Part shown: in pieces, positions 47,718-57,628 of the stretch
Layout: every line of letters starts with the position of its first letter
Position numbering within the stretch: position 1 is the stretch's first letter
Assembly: GCF_036802785.1 (NCBI RefSeq)
Contig: NZ_DAIRVN010000014.1
Span: forward strand, 5,402-69,401
DNA from: Pararhodobacter sp.
GTDB taxonomy: Bacteria > Pseudomonadota > Alphaproteobacteria > Rhodobacterales > Rhodobacteraceae
Direction: 5' to 3'
DNA: 64,000 nt
Made by a program: the position numbers and the translations under genes
Notes under the pieces: model-generated
Databases searched by the model: none
Seen by the model: the letters and a program-made list of their open reading frames with translations, nothing else
What the model was told of the DNA's origin: nothing

Positions 47718-49094
47718 ATGCTAGAGGAATTGCGCGCGGCACTGGGCCCCGCTGGCTGCCTGACCGGCAGCGACATCCCCGAAGCGGCGCGCTCGGACGC
47801 CAGCCGCTCAGGCCGCGCGCTGCCGCTGGCCCTGCTGCGCCCGGCCTCGGTCAGCGACGTGTCAGCGGCGCTGGCCATCTGCCACCGGCATGGCGTGACG
47901 GTGGTGCCGCAGGGCGGCATGACCGGGCTTGCGGGCGGGGCGAACCCTGACCCGGCCTCGGTCGCGCTGTCACTGGCGCGGCTGAGCGGCGTGGAAGCGA
48001 TCGACGGGGAAAGCATGGCGATGGTGGTGCGCGCCGGGACCGTGCTGGAACAGGCCCAGAAAGCGGCGGAAGATGCCGGGTTTCTGCTGCCCATTGATCT
48101 GGGCGCGCGCGGCTCGTGTCAGATCGGCGGGAACATCGCCACCAATGCGGGCGGGCTGCGGGTGATCCGCGATGGCATGACCCGCGACAATCTGCTGGGG
48201 ATCGAGGTGGTTCTGGCCGATGGCACGGTGCTGACCCAGCTGACGAAGGTGGTGAAGAACAACACCGGCTATGATCTGCGCCATCTCTTTGCGGGCTCTG
48301 AGGGCACGCTGGGGGTGATCACCCGCGCCGTGATCCGCCTGCGCCCCCTGCCCGGCCCGCGCCGTACCGCGCTGGCCGCCCTGCCCGATTTCGCCGCCGT
48401 GCTGCGGCTGTTGCAGATGGCGCGCGCGCAACTGCCGGGCCTTTCGGCCTTTGAAGCGATGTGGCGCGACTATTTCGCCTTCAGCCAGAGCCTGCTGCCC
48501 TATACGCTGTTCAGCGATCCGCCGCCCTTCGCCGTCATCCTTGAGGCGCCCGATGACCCCGCCTTTGATACGCTGCTGGAGCAGGCGTTTGATGAGGGCG
48601 TGATCCTTGACGCCCTGATCGCGCAATCGCTCACCGATGCCCGCCGGTTCTGGACCGTGCGCGAGGGTCTGGCCATGGATACCGCGCTGCCTGACCATAT
48701 CAACCTGGACATCAGCCTTGCCACCCACCGGCTGGATGAATTCGCCTGCCGCTGCCGCTCGGATCTGCTGGCCCGCTTTCCCGGCGCATATGTTTCTTTT
48801 TATGGCCATATTGCCGACAGCAACCTTCATGTGACCGTCAGTGTTCCGGGCGGGGGCGAGGCGGCGGCGCATGAGGTGGATGCGATCGTCTATGGCATTG
48901 TGCGCGACTTTGACGGCTCCATCTCGGCGGAGCACGGGGTTGGCGTGCTCAAGCGCGACTGGCTGGGCCACAGCCGCAGCCCCGCTGAACTTGCGGCGAT
49001 GCGCGCGATCAAGGCAGCGCTGGACCCTGCCGGGATCATGAACCCCGGCAAGCTGCTGCCCGCCGCCGTTCCGCCGGGCGGAGGCGCGCCTTAG
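47718..49094 (+). CDS. FAD-binding oxidoreductase (GlcD / D-2-hydroxyacid dehydrogenase family)
   Basis: The FAD_binding_4 motif is VVPQGGMTGLAGGA. The C-terminal FAD-oxidase domain has AEHGVG..K and NPGK. Confidence 0.85.
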   Translation: MLEELRAALGPAGCLTGSDIPEAARSDASRSGRALPLALLRPASVSDVSAALAICHRHGVTVVPQGGMTGLAGGANPDPASVALSLARLSGVEAIDGESMAMVVRAGTVLEQAQKAAEDAGFLLPIDLGARGSCQIGGNIATNAGGLRVIRDGMTRDNLLGIEVVLADGTVLTQLTKVVKNNTGYDLRHLFAGSEGTLGVITRAVIRLRPLPGPRRTALAALPDFAAVLRLLQMARAQLPGLSAFEAMWRDYFAFSQSLLPYTLFSDPPPFAVILEAPDDPAFDTLLEQAFDEGVILDALIAQSLTDARRFWTVREGLAMDTALPDHINLDISLATHRLDEFACRCRSDLLARFPGAYVSFYGHIADSNLHVTVSVPGGGEAAAHEVDAIVYGIVRDFDGSISAEHGVGVLKRDWLGHSRSPAELAAMRAIKAALDPAGIMNPGKLLPAAVPPGGGAP

Positions 49095-49817
49095 TCACGG
49101 CGCGGGCTGGCGGAAAAGGCGCACGGCCCCGGCCACCAGATCGGCATTGCTGGCAGCCGTTTCGCCCTGCGGCAAGGCGCTGCCATCCTCCAGCCCCACG
49201 CGCGTTGACCAGCGCTGCTGGCGGGCGCGCGCGACAAACTGCCAGACGGTCGCATCAAAGCCGTGCAGCAGCACCGGGCGGCTGACCCCGGCCCCGGCAA
49301 GCACCGCCACAATCCCCTCCAGAACGCTCTCGGCGACCTCCCATTCCTGCTCCTCGATCTCGATCAGGATGCGGAACACCCGGCGGCAGCACGGCAGCGT
49401 AACAAGGCGCCGGGCATCGGCCACGCTGGCCAGCCCCGCCTCCACCCCCACTCCGATGTCATGGAGCAGCGCAATCACCGCAGGCGCATCCGCTTCGGAC
49501 AGATTGACCGAGGCATAGTCGGGCAGCACACGCCATTCAGAGATGCGCCTACGGGTGCGCGCCGCATCCCCCTCGATCCAGGCGCCGGTCGATACCCCGA
49601 CATGAGTTCCCGGGCAGGCGATGCGCAGCGCGCGCATCAGGGCATCGACGGCAGCAAGGCTCTCACGCCCGTCGGCCCCGCGCGGATGGATATGCAGCTC
49701 AGCCGCCCCCGCCGCGATACAGGCCCGGCTGTCGCGCACGATTGCCGCGGTCGTCAGCGGCAGCTGCGGGTGATAGCTGGCCGGGCGCGCGCCGTTGAGA
49801 CAGGCCTGAACAATCAT
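49095..49817 (-). CDS. BKACE-family (3-keto-5-aminohexanoate cleavage enzyme, DUF849) protein, short form
   Basis: Only the last 240 codons of track ORF 49095..50411 look like the family. ATG 49817 follows GGAGGG. MIVQACLNGARPASYHPQLPLTTAAIVRDSRACIAAGAAELHIHPRGADG. Confidence 0.75.
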   Translation of the reverse strand: MIVQACLNGARPASYHPQLPLTTAAIVRDSRACIAAGAAELHIHPRGADGRESLAAVDALMRALRIACPGTHVGVSTGAWIEGDAARTRRRISEWRVLPDYASVNLSEADAPAVIALLHDIGVGVEAGLASVADARRLVTLPCCRRVFRILIEIEEQEWEVAESVLEGIVAVLAGAGVSRPVLLHGFDATVWQFVARARQQRWSTRVGLEDGSALPQGETAASNADLVAGAVRLFRQPAP

Positions 49818-50025
49818 CGTGATCCCTCCGAAACGGTTTGGAGGCGATGATAGCCGAAGGGGCGGGCCTGACAAAGGTTTCCATCCGGCCCGGCCCGGCG
49901 GCGCGATGAAACGGCACAGAAAACAGGCACCGGAGCAAGGCGCAGGAAACGGGTCGCGCGCGCGGCGGGGCTGTGGCAAAGCCTGCCGCACATACCTTCC
50001 CAGAGAGCATACCGGAGGAACCGCC

Positions 50026-50949
50026 ATGCCTGCCAACCGCCCCATGGCGCGCCTTGAATGGGTGATGCTGCTGTCGCTCGCTGCCGTCTGGGGCGGGTCG
50101 TTCTTTTTCAACGAAATCGCGGTGCGCGAACTGCCGGTGTTCACCGTCGTGCTGTCGCGTGTCGCGCTGGCGGCGATCATCCTGCTGGCCCTGCTGCACC
50201 TGCGCGGCGAGCGGATGCCACGGGGCCGGGCCGTATGGCTGGCGTTTTTCGGCATGGGCCTGATCAACAACGCCATCCCGTTTTCGCTGATCGTCTGGGG
50301 GCAGCAGCATATCGCCTCGGGCGTGGCCTCGATCCTGAATGCCTCAACCCCGCTGTTCACGGTGTTGCTTGCGCATCTGCTGACGCAGGATGAGCGGCTG
50401 ACGGGCGGCAAGATTGCGGGCGTGATTGTCGGTTTCGCCGGGGTGGCGGTGATGTTCGGGGCTGATGCCCTGCGCGACCTGGGGGCGCAGGCGGTGGCGC
50501 AGCTTCTATGCCTCGGCGCGGCGGTTTCCTATGCGTTCGCAGGTATTTACGGGCGGCGGTTCAGGGCAATGGGCATCACGCCGATGAGCACCGCCACCGG
50601 CCAGGTCATCGCCTCAAGCCTGCTTCTGATGCCGATGGTCATGGTAATTGACCAGCCCTGGACCCTGCCGCTGCCCTCGCCCGCCGCCCTGGGTGCGCTT
50701 CTCGGCGTGGCGGCGATTTCGACGGCGCTGGCCTATGTCCTCTATTTCCGTATCCTTGCCACGGCGGGGGCTACCAACCTGCTGCTGGTCACCTTCCTGA
50801 TCCCGGTCAGCGCGATACTGCTGGGCACGCTGTTTCTGGGCGAGGTGCTGCTGCCGCGCCATCTGGCGGGCATGGCACTGATCGGCTGCGGGTTGGCGGC
50901 AATCGACGGGCGGATGTGGAAGGCAGCGTGCGGCGCTTTCGCCCGCTAG
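50026..50949 (+). CDS. DMT-superfamily (EamA-like) transporter
   Basis: ATG 50026 follows GGAGGA. There are 10 TM segments in two EamA repeats (LLSLAAVWGGSFFFNEIA...). Confidence 0.85.
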   Translation: MPANRPMARLEWVMLLSLAAVWGGSFFFNEIAVRELPVFTVVLSRVALAAIILLALLHLRGERMPRGRAVWLAFFGMGLINNAIPFSLIVWGQQHIASGVASILNASTPLFTVLLAHLLTQDERLTGGKIAGVIVGFAGVAVMFGADALRDLGAQAVAQLLCLGAAVSYAFAGIYGRRFRAMGITPMSTATGQVIASSLLLMPMVMVIDQPWTLPLPSPAALGALLGVAAISTALAYVLYFRILATAGATNLLLVTFLIPVSAILLGTLFLGEVLLPRHLAGMALIGCGLAAIDGRMWKAACGAFAR

Positions 50950-53009
50950 GGCGCGGCCCCCACGGCAATATCAATCCACGCATCGCCCAGAACGCGGGCG
51001 CTGTCAGACCCGGCCAGCAGGACGGTGGTGTTCTCAGAGTCGATCAGCGCGGGCCCGGCGATGGACTGGCCGGGCCTGAGCCCGGCCAGATCATAGACCG
51101 GCACGGCGCAATCCCCGCCTCCAAGCCGGGCCTGCCGCAGACCCGTCGGCACCGCCGGTCCGGCATCCGGCACCGGTGCCATCCGCCCCGCCCCTTCGCT
51201 GGCACCCGCCGACACCGACACCCGCAGCGTCACAATCTCGACGCTCTGCGCGGGATCGGCATAGGTGAAAAGCGCCTCATGGCGGGCGTGAAAACGCGCT
51301 TCCACGGCCCGCACAAAGCCCGGCATGGCCGGGTTCAGCCCGTCCAGCGCGACATCGATCTCGAATATCTGATCGCCATAGCGCATCTCGGCAGAGCGCC
51401 CGATGCGCAGCGCCCCGCCCCCGCCGGCGGCGAAGCCGCAACCGGCAATCGCCTTCTGCTCAAGGTCATGAAACATCCCGGCCAGCGCTGCATCCGGCAG
51501 AGCGGCAGTTTCACAGGGCTGGCTGCGCGTCACCTCATGGCGCAGATCGCTGGCGAGCATTCCCCAGGCGGACAGAACCGAAGCCGTGTTCGGCACGATC
51601 ACCCGCCGCACACCCAGTTCGCGCGCAACCGCCGTGGCATGCAGCCCCGCCGCGCCACCAAAACTGAGCAGCGTGAACTTGCGCGGGTCAACGCCCCGGC
51701 GCAGAGTCATCAGCCTGAGACCGTCAGCCATCTTGACATTGATCAGCCGGAAAATGCCCTCGGCGGCCGCAACCGGATCGGTGCCCAGCCGTGCACCCAG
51801 CCCCGCCATCGCCCGTTGCGCGGCGGGCAGGTCAAGGCGCGCGCGCCCGCCCCGGAAGGTGTCGGCGCTCAGATAGCCCAACACCAGATTGGCATCGCTC
51901 ACCGTGGGTTCCGTCCCGCCGAGCCCGTAACACGCCGGGCCGGGCTGCGCGCCCGCGCTTTGCGGCCCGACCGAGAAACGGCCCGAGGCGTCGATCCCGG
52001 CCAGCGAGCCGCCGCCCGCCCCGATCGACAGAATGTCAAAGCTGCGCAGCGCCACCCGCTCACCCGCCACGCCGCGTTCAGATGTCAGGGCCATCTCACC
52101 CTGCGCGATCAGCGATATCTCGGTGCTGGTGCCGCCCATGTCGAAGGGCAGCACATTGTCCAGCCCCGCCATGCGCGCGCATTCCCGCGCACCGACAATC
52201 CCGCCCGCCGGGCCGGAAAGCACCGTTGCGGCGGGCAGGCGGGCGGCGTCGGCAAGGCGCGCGATGCCGCCATGCGACAGGATGATGAACACCTCGCCGC
52301 CGTAACCGGCGCCGCTCAGCCGGTCCGCCAGCCGGTCCAGATAGGTTTTCAGCACCGGGCCGACATAGGAATTGACCACCGTTGTCGAGAACCGCTCATA
52401 TTCCTTGATCTGTGGCAGCACGTCAGACGAGGTGGAGGTATAGGCCTGCGGGAAATGCTGCGCCAGCAGGGCGGCGGTGCGTTGTTCATGGGCCGGGTTG
52501 CGCCATGCGTGCAGGTAGCAGACAGCGACAGCCTCAACCCCGGCGGCCTTCATCTGCGCGATGGCGGCCAGCACATCGCCCTCATCCAGCGGTATTGCCA
52601 CGCTGCCGTCGTGCGTCAGGCGCTCGGTGACGGCGAAGCGGAGGTCGCGCGGCACCAGCGGGTCGGGCGGGGGCATGCGCAGGTTATAGCGCTCCGGCTT
52701 CAGGCCTTCGTGCATCTCGATGATGTCGCGGTGGCCCCGGGTGGTCAGCAGGGCCGTTTTTGCGCCCTTGCGTTCCAGCAGCGCGTTGGTCGCAACCGTC
52801 GTACCATGCACGATCTGGCCGCATCGGGCCAGCATTTCGGGCAGGGTCAGGCCCAGCCGCTGCGCCAGTTCACCCAGCCCCGCCAGCACCCCGATCGACT
52901 GGTCCTGCGGGGTGGTTGGGGCCTTCGCCATGATGATCCGGCCAGCCGGGTCCGTGGCGACAAGGTCGGTAAAGGTGCCGCCCACGTCGATGCCGATGCG
53001 CAGGGTCAT
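50946..53009 (-). CDS. hyuA: Hydantoinase/oxoprolinase-family protein, A subunit (N-methylhydantoinase A / acetone carboxylase beta-like)
   Basis: MTLRIGIDVGGTFTDLV... is the characteristic N-terminus. 687 aa. The start overlaps the HyuB stop (ATGA). Confidence 0.9.
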   Translation of the reverse strand: MTLRIGIDVGGTFTDLVATDPAGRIIMAKAPTTPQDQSIGVLAGLGELAQRLGLTLPEMLARCGQIVHGTTVATNALLERKGAKTALLTTRGHRDIIEMHEGLKPERYNLRMPPPDPLVPRDLRFAVTERLTHDGSVAIPLDEGDVLAAIAQMKAAGVEAVAVCYLHAWRNPAHEQRTAALLAQHFPQAYTSTSSDVLPQIKEYERFSTTVVNSYVGPVLKTYLDRLADRLSGAGYGGEVFIILSHGGIARLADAARLPAATVLSGPAGGIVGARECARMAGLDNVLPFDMGGTSTEISLIAQGEMALTSERGVAGERVALRSFDILSIGAGGGSLAGIDASGRFSVGPQSAGAQPGPACYGLGGTEPTVSDANLVLGYLSADTFRGGRARLDLPAAQRAMAGLGARLGTDPVAAAEGIFRLINVKMADGLRLMTLRRGVDPRKFTLLSFGGAAGLHATAVARELGVRRVIVPNTASVLSAWGMLASDLRHEVTRSQPCETAALPDAALAGMFHDLEQKAIAGCGFAAGGGGALRIGRSAEMRYGDQIFEIDVALDGLNPAMPGFVRAVEARFHARHEALFTYADPAQSVEIVTLRVSVSAGASEGAGRMAPVPDAGPAVPTGLRQARLGGGDCAVPVYDLAGLRPGQSIAGPALIDSENTTVLLAGSDSARVLGDAWIDIAVGAAP

Positions 53010-54682
53010 GGCGCGCCCTCCCCCCGGAACGGTTGCGCCAGCAAGCCCAGACGCCGGTCACGCTCAATCGCCTGTGCGCTGCGCCGCGCCGGGTCACCCC
53101 AGCCGCCCCCGCCCGATGACAGGATGCGCAGCCTGCTGCCCGCCGGAAAGGCGCGGCCAAAGCTTTTGGTAGCAAGCGGGGTCTCGGTGGTGCCGTCATC
53201 CAGCCGGTAATCATGCGGCATGCCGTCCTGCCCGCCCGCGATCCCGGCAGAGCCGTGGCGCACCCCGTCCCCGGCGGTATGGGCATAGACCGGCACATCG
53301 ATGCGCAGGTCCAGCTGCGTGCCCAGCCCGCCCCGGAACTGCCCTTCCCCGCCCGAGCCGGGGCGGAATTCATGGCGCTCGAACAGCAGCGGAAAGCGCG
53401 CCTCGGTCACCTCGATACTGCCGAACTTGATGCCACCCACCGCGTGCCACTCACCCCCACACGACCAGCCGTCACCCATCGCCGAAGCCCCGCCGCCGGG
53501 GCGCGCATGAAACAGATGCCAGATGAACCGCCGCCCGTTGCGCGGGTTCTCGCCCGTCAGCGAGATGCGGAAGCGCCGCCCCCAGCCACCCATCGCCCGC
53601 TCAGGACACGCGGTTTGCAGCGCGCGGATGATCGCCTCGACAATCTCGTTGGAGGGGTGGGAGGTGGACAAGGCCACCGGCACCGCCCCCTCGGCGCAGA
53701 CAATCGTGCCGGGCTTGAGAACCACCTTGAGGGGCCGGAACGCGCCGTCATTGCGGGCGATATCGGCGTCCAGCAGATAGGCGAACGCCATCGCCACCGC
53801 CGCCTGACTGTTGGCATGCGAGGAATTGACGAAGCGCTGCGACTGCGGGTCTGACGCGCTCAGATCCACGCTCAGCGCATCGCCCGCCACGGTGACGCAG
53901 GCGCGGATGGCGATATCCTCGCGCCCGGTGCCGTCATCATCGAGGAACGCCGCGCCGTGATAGATGCCATCGGGCCAACCCGCCACGATGGCGCGGGCGC
54001 GCGTCTCGGCGGCATCCAGAATATCCTCGGTCGCCTGCTGCACGGTGGCCAGCCCGTATTCGTCCAGCAGCGCACTGATCCGCCCGCAGCCGAAACGCGC
54101 CGCACCGATCATCGCCGCCAGATCACCCCGGAAATCACGCGGGAAGCGGGTGTTGAGCGCCAGCATGTCCAGCAGATCATCGCGCAGCTTGCCCCCTTCG
54201 ACAATCCTGACGGGCGGCACGCGCAGCCCCTCCTGCCAGATTTCGGTGGCCTCGGGGTTATAGGCGCCATGCGTGGCCCCGCCGATATCGCCCATATGCG
54301 CGCGTACCACGCCCCAGAAAACCCGCGTGTCGCCGTCAAAGACCGGCACAAAGGCGGTAAGGTCCGGCAGATGGCTGCCGCCATGATAGGGGTCATTGAG
54401 CAGGATCACATCGCCCGGCGCGATCTGCCCCGCAAACCGCTCTTCCACCGCGCGCACCGCCCAGGGAAGCGCACCGACATGGATGGGAATGTGATCTGCC
54501 TGCGCGATCAGCCGCGCCTGCGGGTCAAGGATGGCGATGGAGAAATCGCGGCTGGCATTGAGGATCTGCGAATAGGCCGTGCGCAGCATTGCCTCGCCCA
54601 TCTCGGTGACGATGGTGTTCAGCCGATGCTCGATCACCGCGCGCGTGACAAGATCGACCGTGGGTGCGGGGTCTGTGGTCAT
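53006..54682 (-). CDS. hyuB: Hydantoinase B/oxoprolinase-family protein, B subunit
   Basis: ...DLVTRAVIEHRLNTIVTEMGEAMLRTAYSQILNASRDFSIAILD... is the typical HyuB N-terminal region. 558 aa. Confidence 0.9.
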   Translation of the reverse strand: MTTDPAPTVDLVTRAVIEHRLNTIVTEMGEAMLRTAYSQILNASRDFSIAILDPQARLIAQADHIPIHVGALPWAVRAVEERFAGQIAPGDVILLNDPYHGGSHLPDLTAFVPVFDGDTRVFWGVVRAHMGDIGGATHGAYNPEATEIWQEGLRVPPVRIVEGGKLRDDLLDMLALNTRFPRDFRGDLAAMIGAARFGCGRISALLDEYGLATVQQATEDILDAAETRARAIVAGWPDGIYHGAAFLDDDGTGREDIAIRACVTVAGDALSVDLSASDPQSQRFVNSSHANSQAAVAMAFAYLLDADIARNDGAFRPLKVVLKPGTIVCAEGAVPVALSTSHPSNEIVEAIIRALQTACPERAMGGWGRRFRISLTGENPRNGRRFIWHLFHARPGGGASAMGDGWSCGGEWHAVGGIKFGSIEVTEARFPLLFERHEFRPGSGGEGQFRGGLGTQLDLRIDVPVYAHTAGDGVRHGSAGIAGGQDGMPHDYRLDDGTTETPLATKSFGRAFPAGSRLRILSSGGGGWGDPARRSAQAIERDRRLGLLAQPFRGEGAP

Positions 54683-54710
54683 GGTTGCTCCGTGGTTCCG
54701 GTTGGGCCGT

Positions 54711-56015
54711 TCAGCGCCCGGTCAGCAGATTGGGCAGCCAGAGTGCGATCTGCGGAAAGGCAATCAGCAGGAAAGCCCCGATCAGCATCAGCCCGAACAT
54801 CGGCGCGGCGGCACGGGCAACAAAGCCGATGCTGCGCCCCGAAAGGCTTTGCACAAGGAACAGGTTGAACCCCACCGGCGGGGTGATCAGCGCCATCTCG
54901 CCCACCAGCACCACAAAGATGCCAAACCAGATCATGTCGATCCCGGCGGCGCGCACCATCGGCTCCAGCACCGCGATGGTCAGCAGGATCATCGCCATCC
55001 CGTCCAGAAAACAGCCAAGCACGATGAAGAACACCATCAGCACCAGCAGCAGCATGGTGGGTGACAGATCCATCCCGCCGACCCAGTCTGCCAGACTGCG
55101 CGGCAGGCCGGAAAAGCCCATCGCCAGCGTCAGCACCGCCGCCCCGGCCAGCAGCAGAAAGATCATCGAGGTGGTGCGCACCGCCCCGCTGAGCGATTCC
55201 ACAAAGGTTTCCAGCGTCAGGGTGCGTTGCAGCGCCGACAGGGCAAAGGCACCCAGAAGGCCCACCACCGCCGCCTCGTTGGGCGAGGCGATGCCGGTGT
55301 AGATGGAGCCGATCACCGCCACGATCAGCCCGGCAATCGGCAGCAACTGCCCTAGTCCGCGCAGCCATTCGCCCCAGGGCGCGGCGGGTTCGCGCATCGC
55401 GCGCCCCTCTTTCGACAGCAGCCCCCAGAGGAAGATGTAAAGAAAGAACAGCCCCGCCAGCATCAGCCCCGGCAGGACACCAGCCATGAACAGCCGCGCG
55501 ATGGATTCCTCCACCACCAGCCCGTAGATGATCAGCGTGATCGAGGGCGGGATCATCAGGCCCAGCGTTCCCGCCCCGGCCAGCGTGCCACACGACAGAC
55601 TGTCAGGGTAGTTGCGTTTGCGCAGTTCCGGCAGCGTGATGCGCCCCACCGTCAGCAGCGTTGCCGCCGATGAGCCCGACACGGCCGAAAACGCCGTGCA
55701 GCCGCCGATATTGGCGTGCAGCAGCCCCCCCGGCACGCGCCGCACCATCGGCGCGAGGCCCAGAAAGACATTGCTCGCCAGCCGGGTACGCAACAGCACC
55801 TCGCCCATCCAGACGAAAAGCGGCAGCGCGGCAAGGCTCCAGCCAGAGGTGTTCGACCAGATGGTAGTGGCCATCGACGCGCCGACCGGGCGCATGGTGA
55901 ACAGCTCGATCATGATCAGACCGACACCCAGCAACCCCGCGCCAATCAGCACACCGCTGCCGAGAAAAGCGAACATCACCAGCAGCAGCACGCCCGCAAG
56001 CATGATATCGGTCAT
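54711..56015 (-). CDS. TRAP transporter large permease subunit (DctM-type)
   Basis: ATG 56015 overlaps the DctQ stop (ATGA). It is ~434 aa and highly hydrophobic, with DctM-like sequence throughout. Confidence 0.9.
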   Translation of the reverse strand: MTDIMLAGVLLLVMFAFLGSGVLIGAGLLGVGLIMIELFTMRPVGASMATTIWSNTSGWSLAALPLFVWMGEVLLRTRLASNVFLGLAPMVRRVPGGLLHANIGGCTAFSAVSGSSAATLLTVGRITLPELRKRNYPDSLSCGTLAGAGTLGLMIPPSITLIIYGLVVEESIARLFMAGVLPGLMLAGLFFLYIFLWGLLSKEGRAMREPAAPWGEWLRGLGQLLPIAGLIVAVIGSIYTGIASPNEAAVVGLLGAFALSALQRTLTLETFVESLSGAVRTTSMIFLLLAGAAVLTLAMGFSGLPRSLADWVGGMDLSPTMLLLVLMVFFIVLGCFLDGMAMILLTIAVLEPMVRAAGIDMIWFGIFVVLVGEMALITPPVGFNLFLVQSLSGRSIGFVARAAAPMFGLMLIGAFLLIAFPQIALWLPNLLTGR

Positions 56016-56548
56016 CCGGACCTCTCCGTCAGGGAATGCAGCGGGTCCGGCACCGGGCGGCCGATCAGCCCCAGCACCGCCATATGCATCAGTGCCAGCG
56101 CAAAGGCCGCAAAGCCGATCGCCATGGGTAGTTGCGGCAGCCATAGCGGCAGGTTGTCAGAACCCGAACTGAGATCGCCGAACCGCCACGATGTCCGCAC
56201 CAGTTGCAGGATGTACCATGCGGCAAATCCCATCACCGCCGTGGTGATCAGGGTCGCCGCCACCTCGACCTTGCTGCGCAGCCCGGTGCGGAACCGGGTC
56301 AGCACCAGATCCACGCGCACATGACCATGCGAGATGGCGGTCTGCGACAGACCAAGCGCCCCGGCTGCGGCCATGCCATAGCCCGCGATTTCGGTGGTGC
56401 CGGGCACATAGACACCCATCAGGCGGCTGACGATGCTGATCAGCACCGCCACAGCGATCACCACAATCGCCAGCCCCGCCAGCGCTGCGCAGGCCGCATA
56501 GAGCCAGCGCAGCGCCCGGTCAATCACCTGCCCCGCCGCGCCCAGCAT
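56012..56548 (-). CDS. TRAP transporter small permease subunit (DctQ-type)
   Basis: 4-TM protein of ~178 aa from ATG 56548. The start is uncertain and the ORF is open up to 56650. Confidence 0.7.
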   Translation of the reverse strand: MLGAAGQVIDRALRWLYAACAALAGLAIVVIAVAVLISIVSRLMGVYVPGTTEIAGYGMAAAGALGLSQTAISHGHVRVDLVLTRFRTGLRSKVEVAATLITTAVMGFAAWYILQLVRTSWRFGDLSSGSDNLPLWLPQLPMAIGFAAFALALMHMAVLGLIGRPVPDPLHSLTERSG

Positions 56549-56582
56549 CAGCGCGCCCGGGACACGGAAAGCGGTGCCTGCA

Positions 56583-57593
56583 TCACTGCATTTCCCGGTA
56601 GGCAGCGACAATGGCCTGACCACGCTCACCGGCATTGGCCACCCATTCATCGGTCATCGTCACGCCGATGGCGCGCAACCCCTCCGCCAGCGCCTCGCTG
56701 GGTTCCAGCACATTCAGCCCGTTCGTGCGCATGGTTTCCAGATCGCGCGTATTGGCGTCTTCCATCATCGCCCAGACCTGTTCTTCGGCAACGGCGGCGG
56801 CCTCTTCCAGCGCGGTGCGGGTGGCGTCATCCAGCCCGTTCCAGACATCCATATTCACGAAGACCACGCTTTTGGGCATCCAGGCATTCACGGTGTAGAA
56901 GTAATCGACAAAGTCCCACATCGCCTGACTGATGCCGATGGCGCCCGAAGCGGTCATCGCTTCGGCAATACCGGTGGAAAACGCCTGCGCAATCTCGCTG
57001 GCCTCGGTGCGGGTGGGGCTGGCGCCCAGCAGTTCGGCAAGGCGCGAGGTGTTGGCATCATAGGCCCGGAACCGCACGCCGCGCATATCCTCTACCGAGT
57101 TGATTTCGCGTACGCTGTAAAGCCCCTGCGGCGGCCAGATCTGGGTGTAGAGCAGCTTCAGCCCGCGCTCGGCCAGCGCTTCTTCCAGCGCCGGGCGTGA
57201 GGCCTGGTAAAGCGCCCAGGCCTCGGCGGGGCTGTTGGCAATGAAGGGCAGCGTATCCAGCCCGAAAACCGGGTCTTCATTGGCATGCGCGCCCATGAAC
57301 CGCTCGCCGATGGGCACCTGCCCCTCGCGCACCGCGCGCATGATCTCGGCGCCCTGATAGAGCGAGCCGCCGGGATGGACCACGATATCAATCAACCCGT
57401 CGGTGCGCTCGCGCACATCATCGGCGAAATCCCCGAAAGACTGCACGATGAAGCTGGACCCGCCATAGGCCGAGGGCATGTCCCAGCGCTGCGACTGCGC
57501 CTGCGCACTCGTGCCGCCCAGAAGACCGGCCAGAAGCCCCACCGCCACCGTGGCGCGCAACATCCTGAAAACGCTTCCTGATTTTCTCATCAT
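56583..57593 (-). CDS. TRAP transporter substrate-binding protein (DctP-type)
   Basis: ATG 57593 follows GGAGA. The signal peptide is MMRKSGSVFRMLRATVAVGLLAGLLGGTSAQA. The body is DctP-like. Confidence 0.85.
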   Translation of the reverse strand: MMRKSGSVFRMLRATVAVGLLAGLLGGTSAQAQSQRWDMPSAYGGSSFIVQSFGDFADDVRERTDGLIDIVVHPGGSLYQGAEIMRAVREGQVPIGERFMGAHANEDPVFGLDTLPFIANSPAEAWALYQASRPALEEALAERGLKLLYTQIWPPQGLYSVREINSVEDMRGVRFRAYDANTSRLAELLGASPTRTEASEIAQAFSTGIAEAMTASGAIGISQAMWDFVDYFYTVNAWMPKSVVFVNMDVWNGLDDATRTALEEAAAVAEEQVWAMMEDANTRDLETMRTNGLNVLEPSEALAEGLRAIGVTMTDEWVANAGERGQAIVAAYREMQ

Positions 57594-57628
57594 CGATCTC
57601 CTGTTGGGGTTTTCCCGGGTTTTGGTGG

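Noticed and set aside
49818-50411. The upstream 198 codons of the 438-aa ORF 49095..50411.
   Set aside because: Only the last 240 codons resemble BKACE, and they have their own GGAGGG-ATG start. The upstream part is antisense to the DMT transporter gene and its promoter region.
50916-53210. A 764-aa plus-strand ORF.
   Set aside because: It lies antisense to hyuA/hyuB, which have unmistakable family sequence (MTLRIGIDVGGTFTDLV...). The product is Arg/Pro/Gly/His-rich nonsense.
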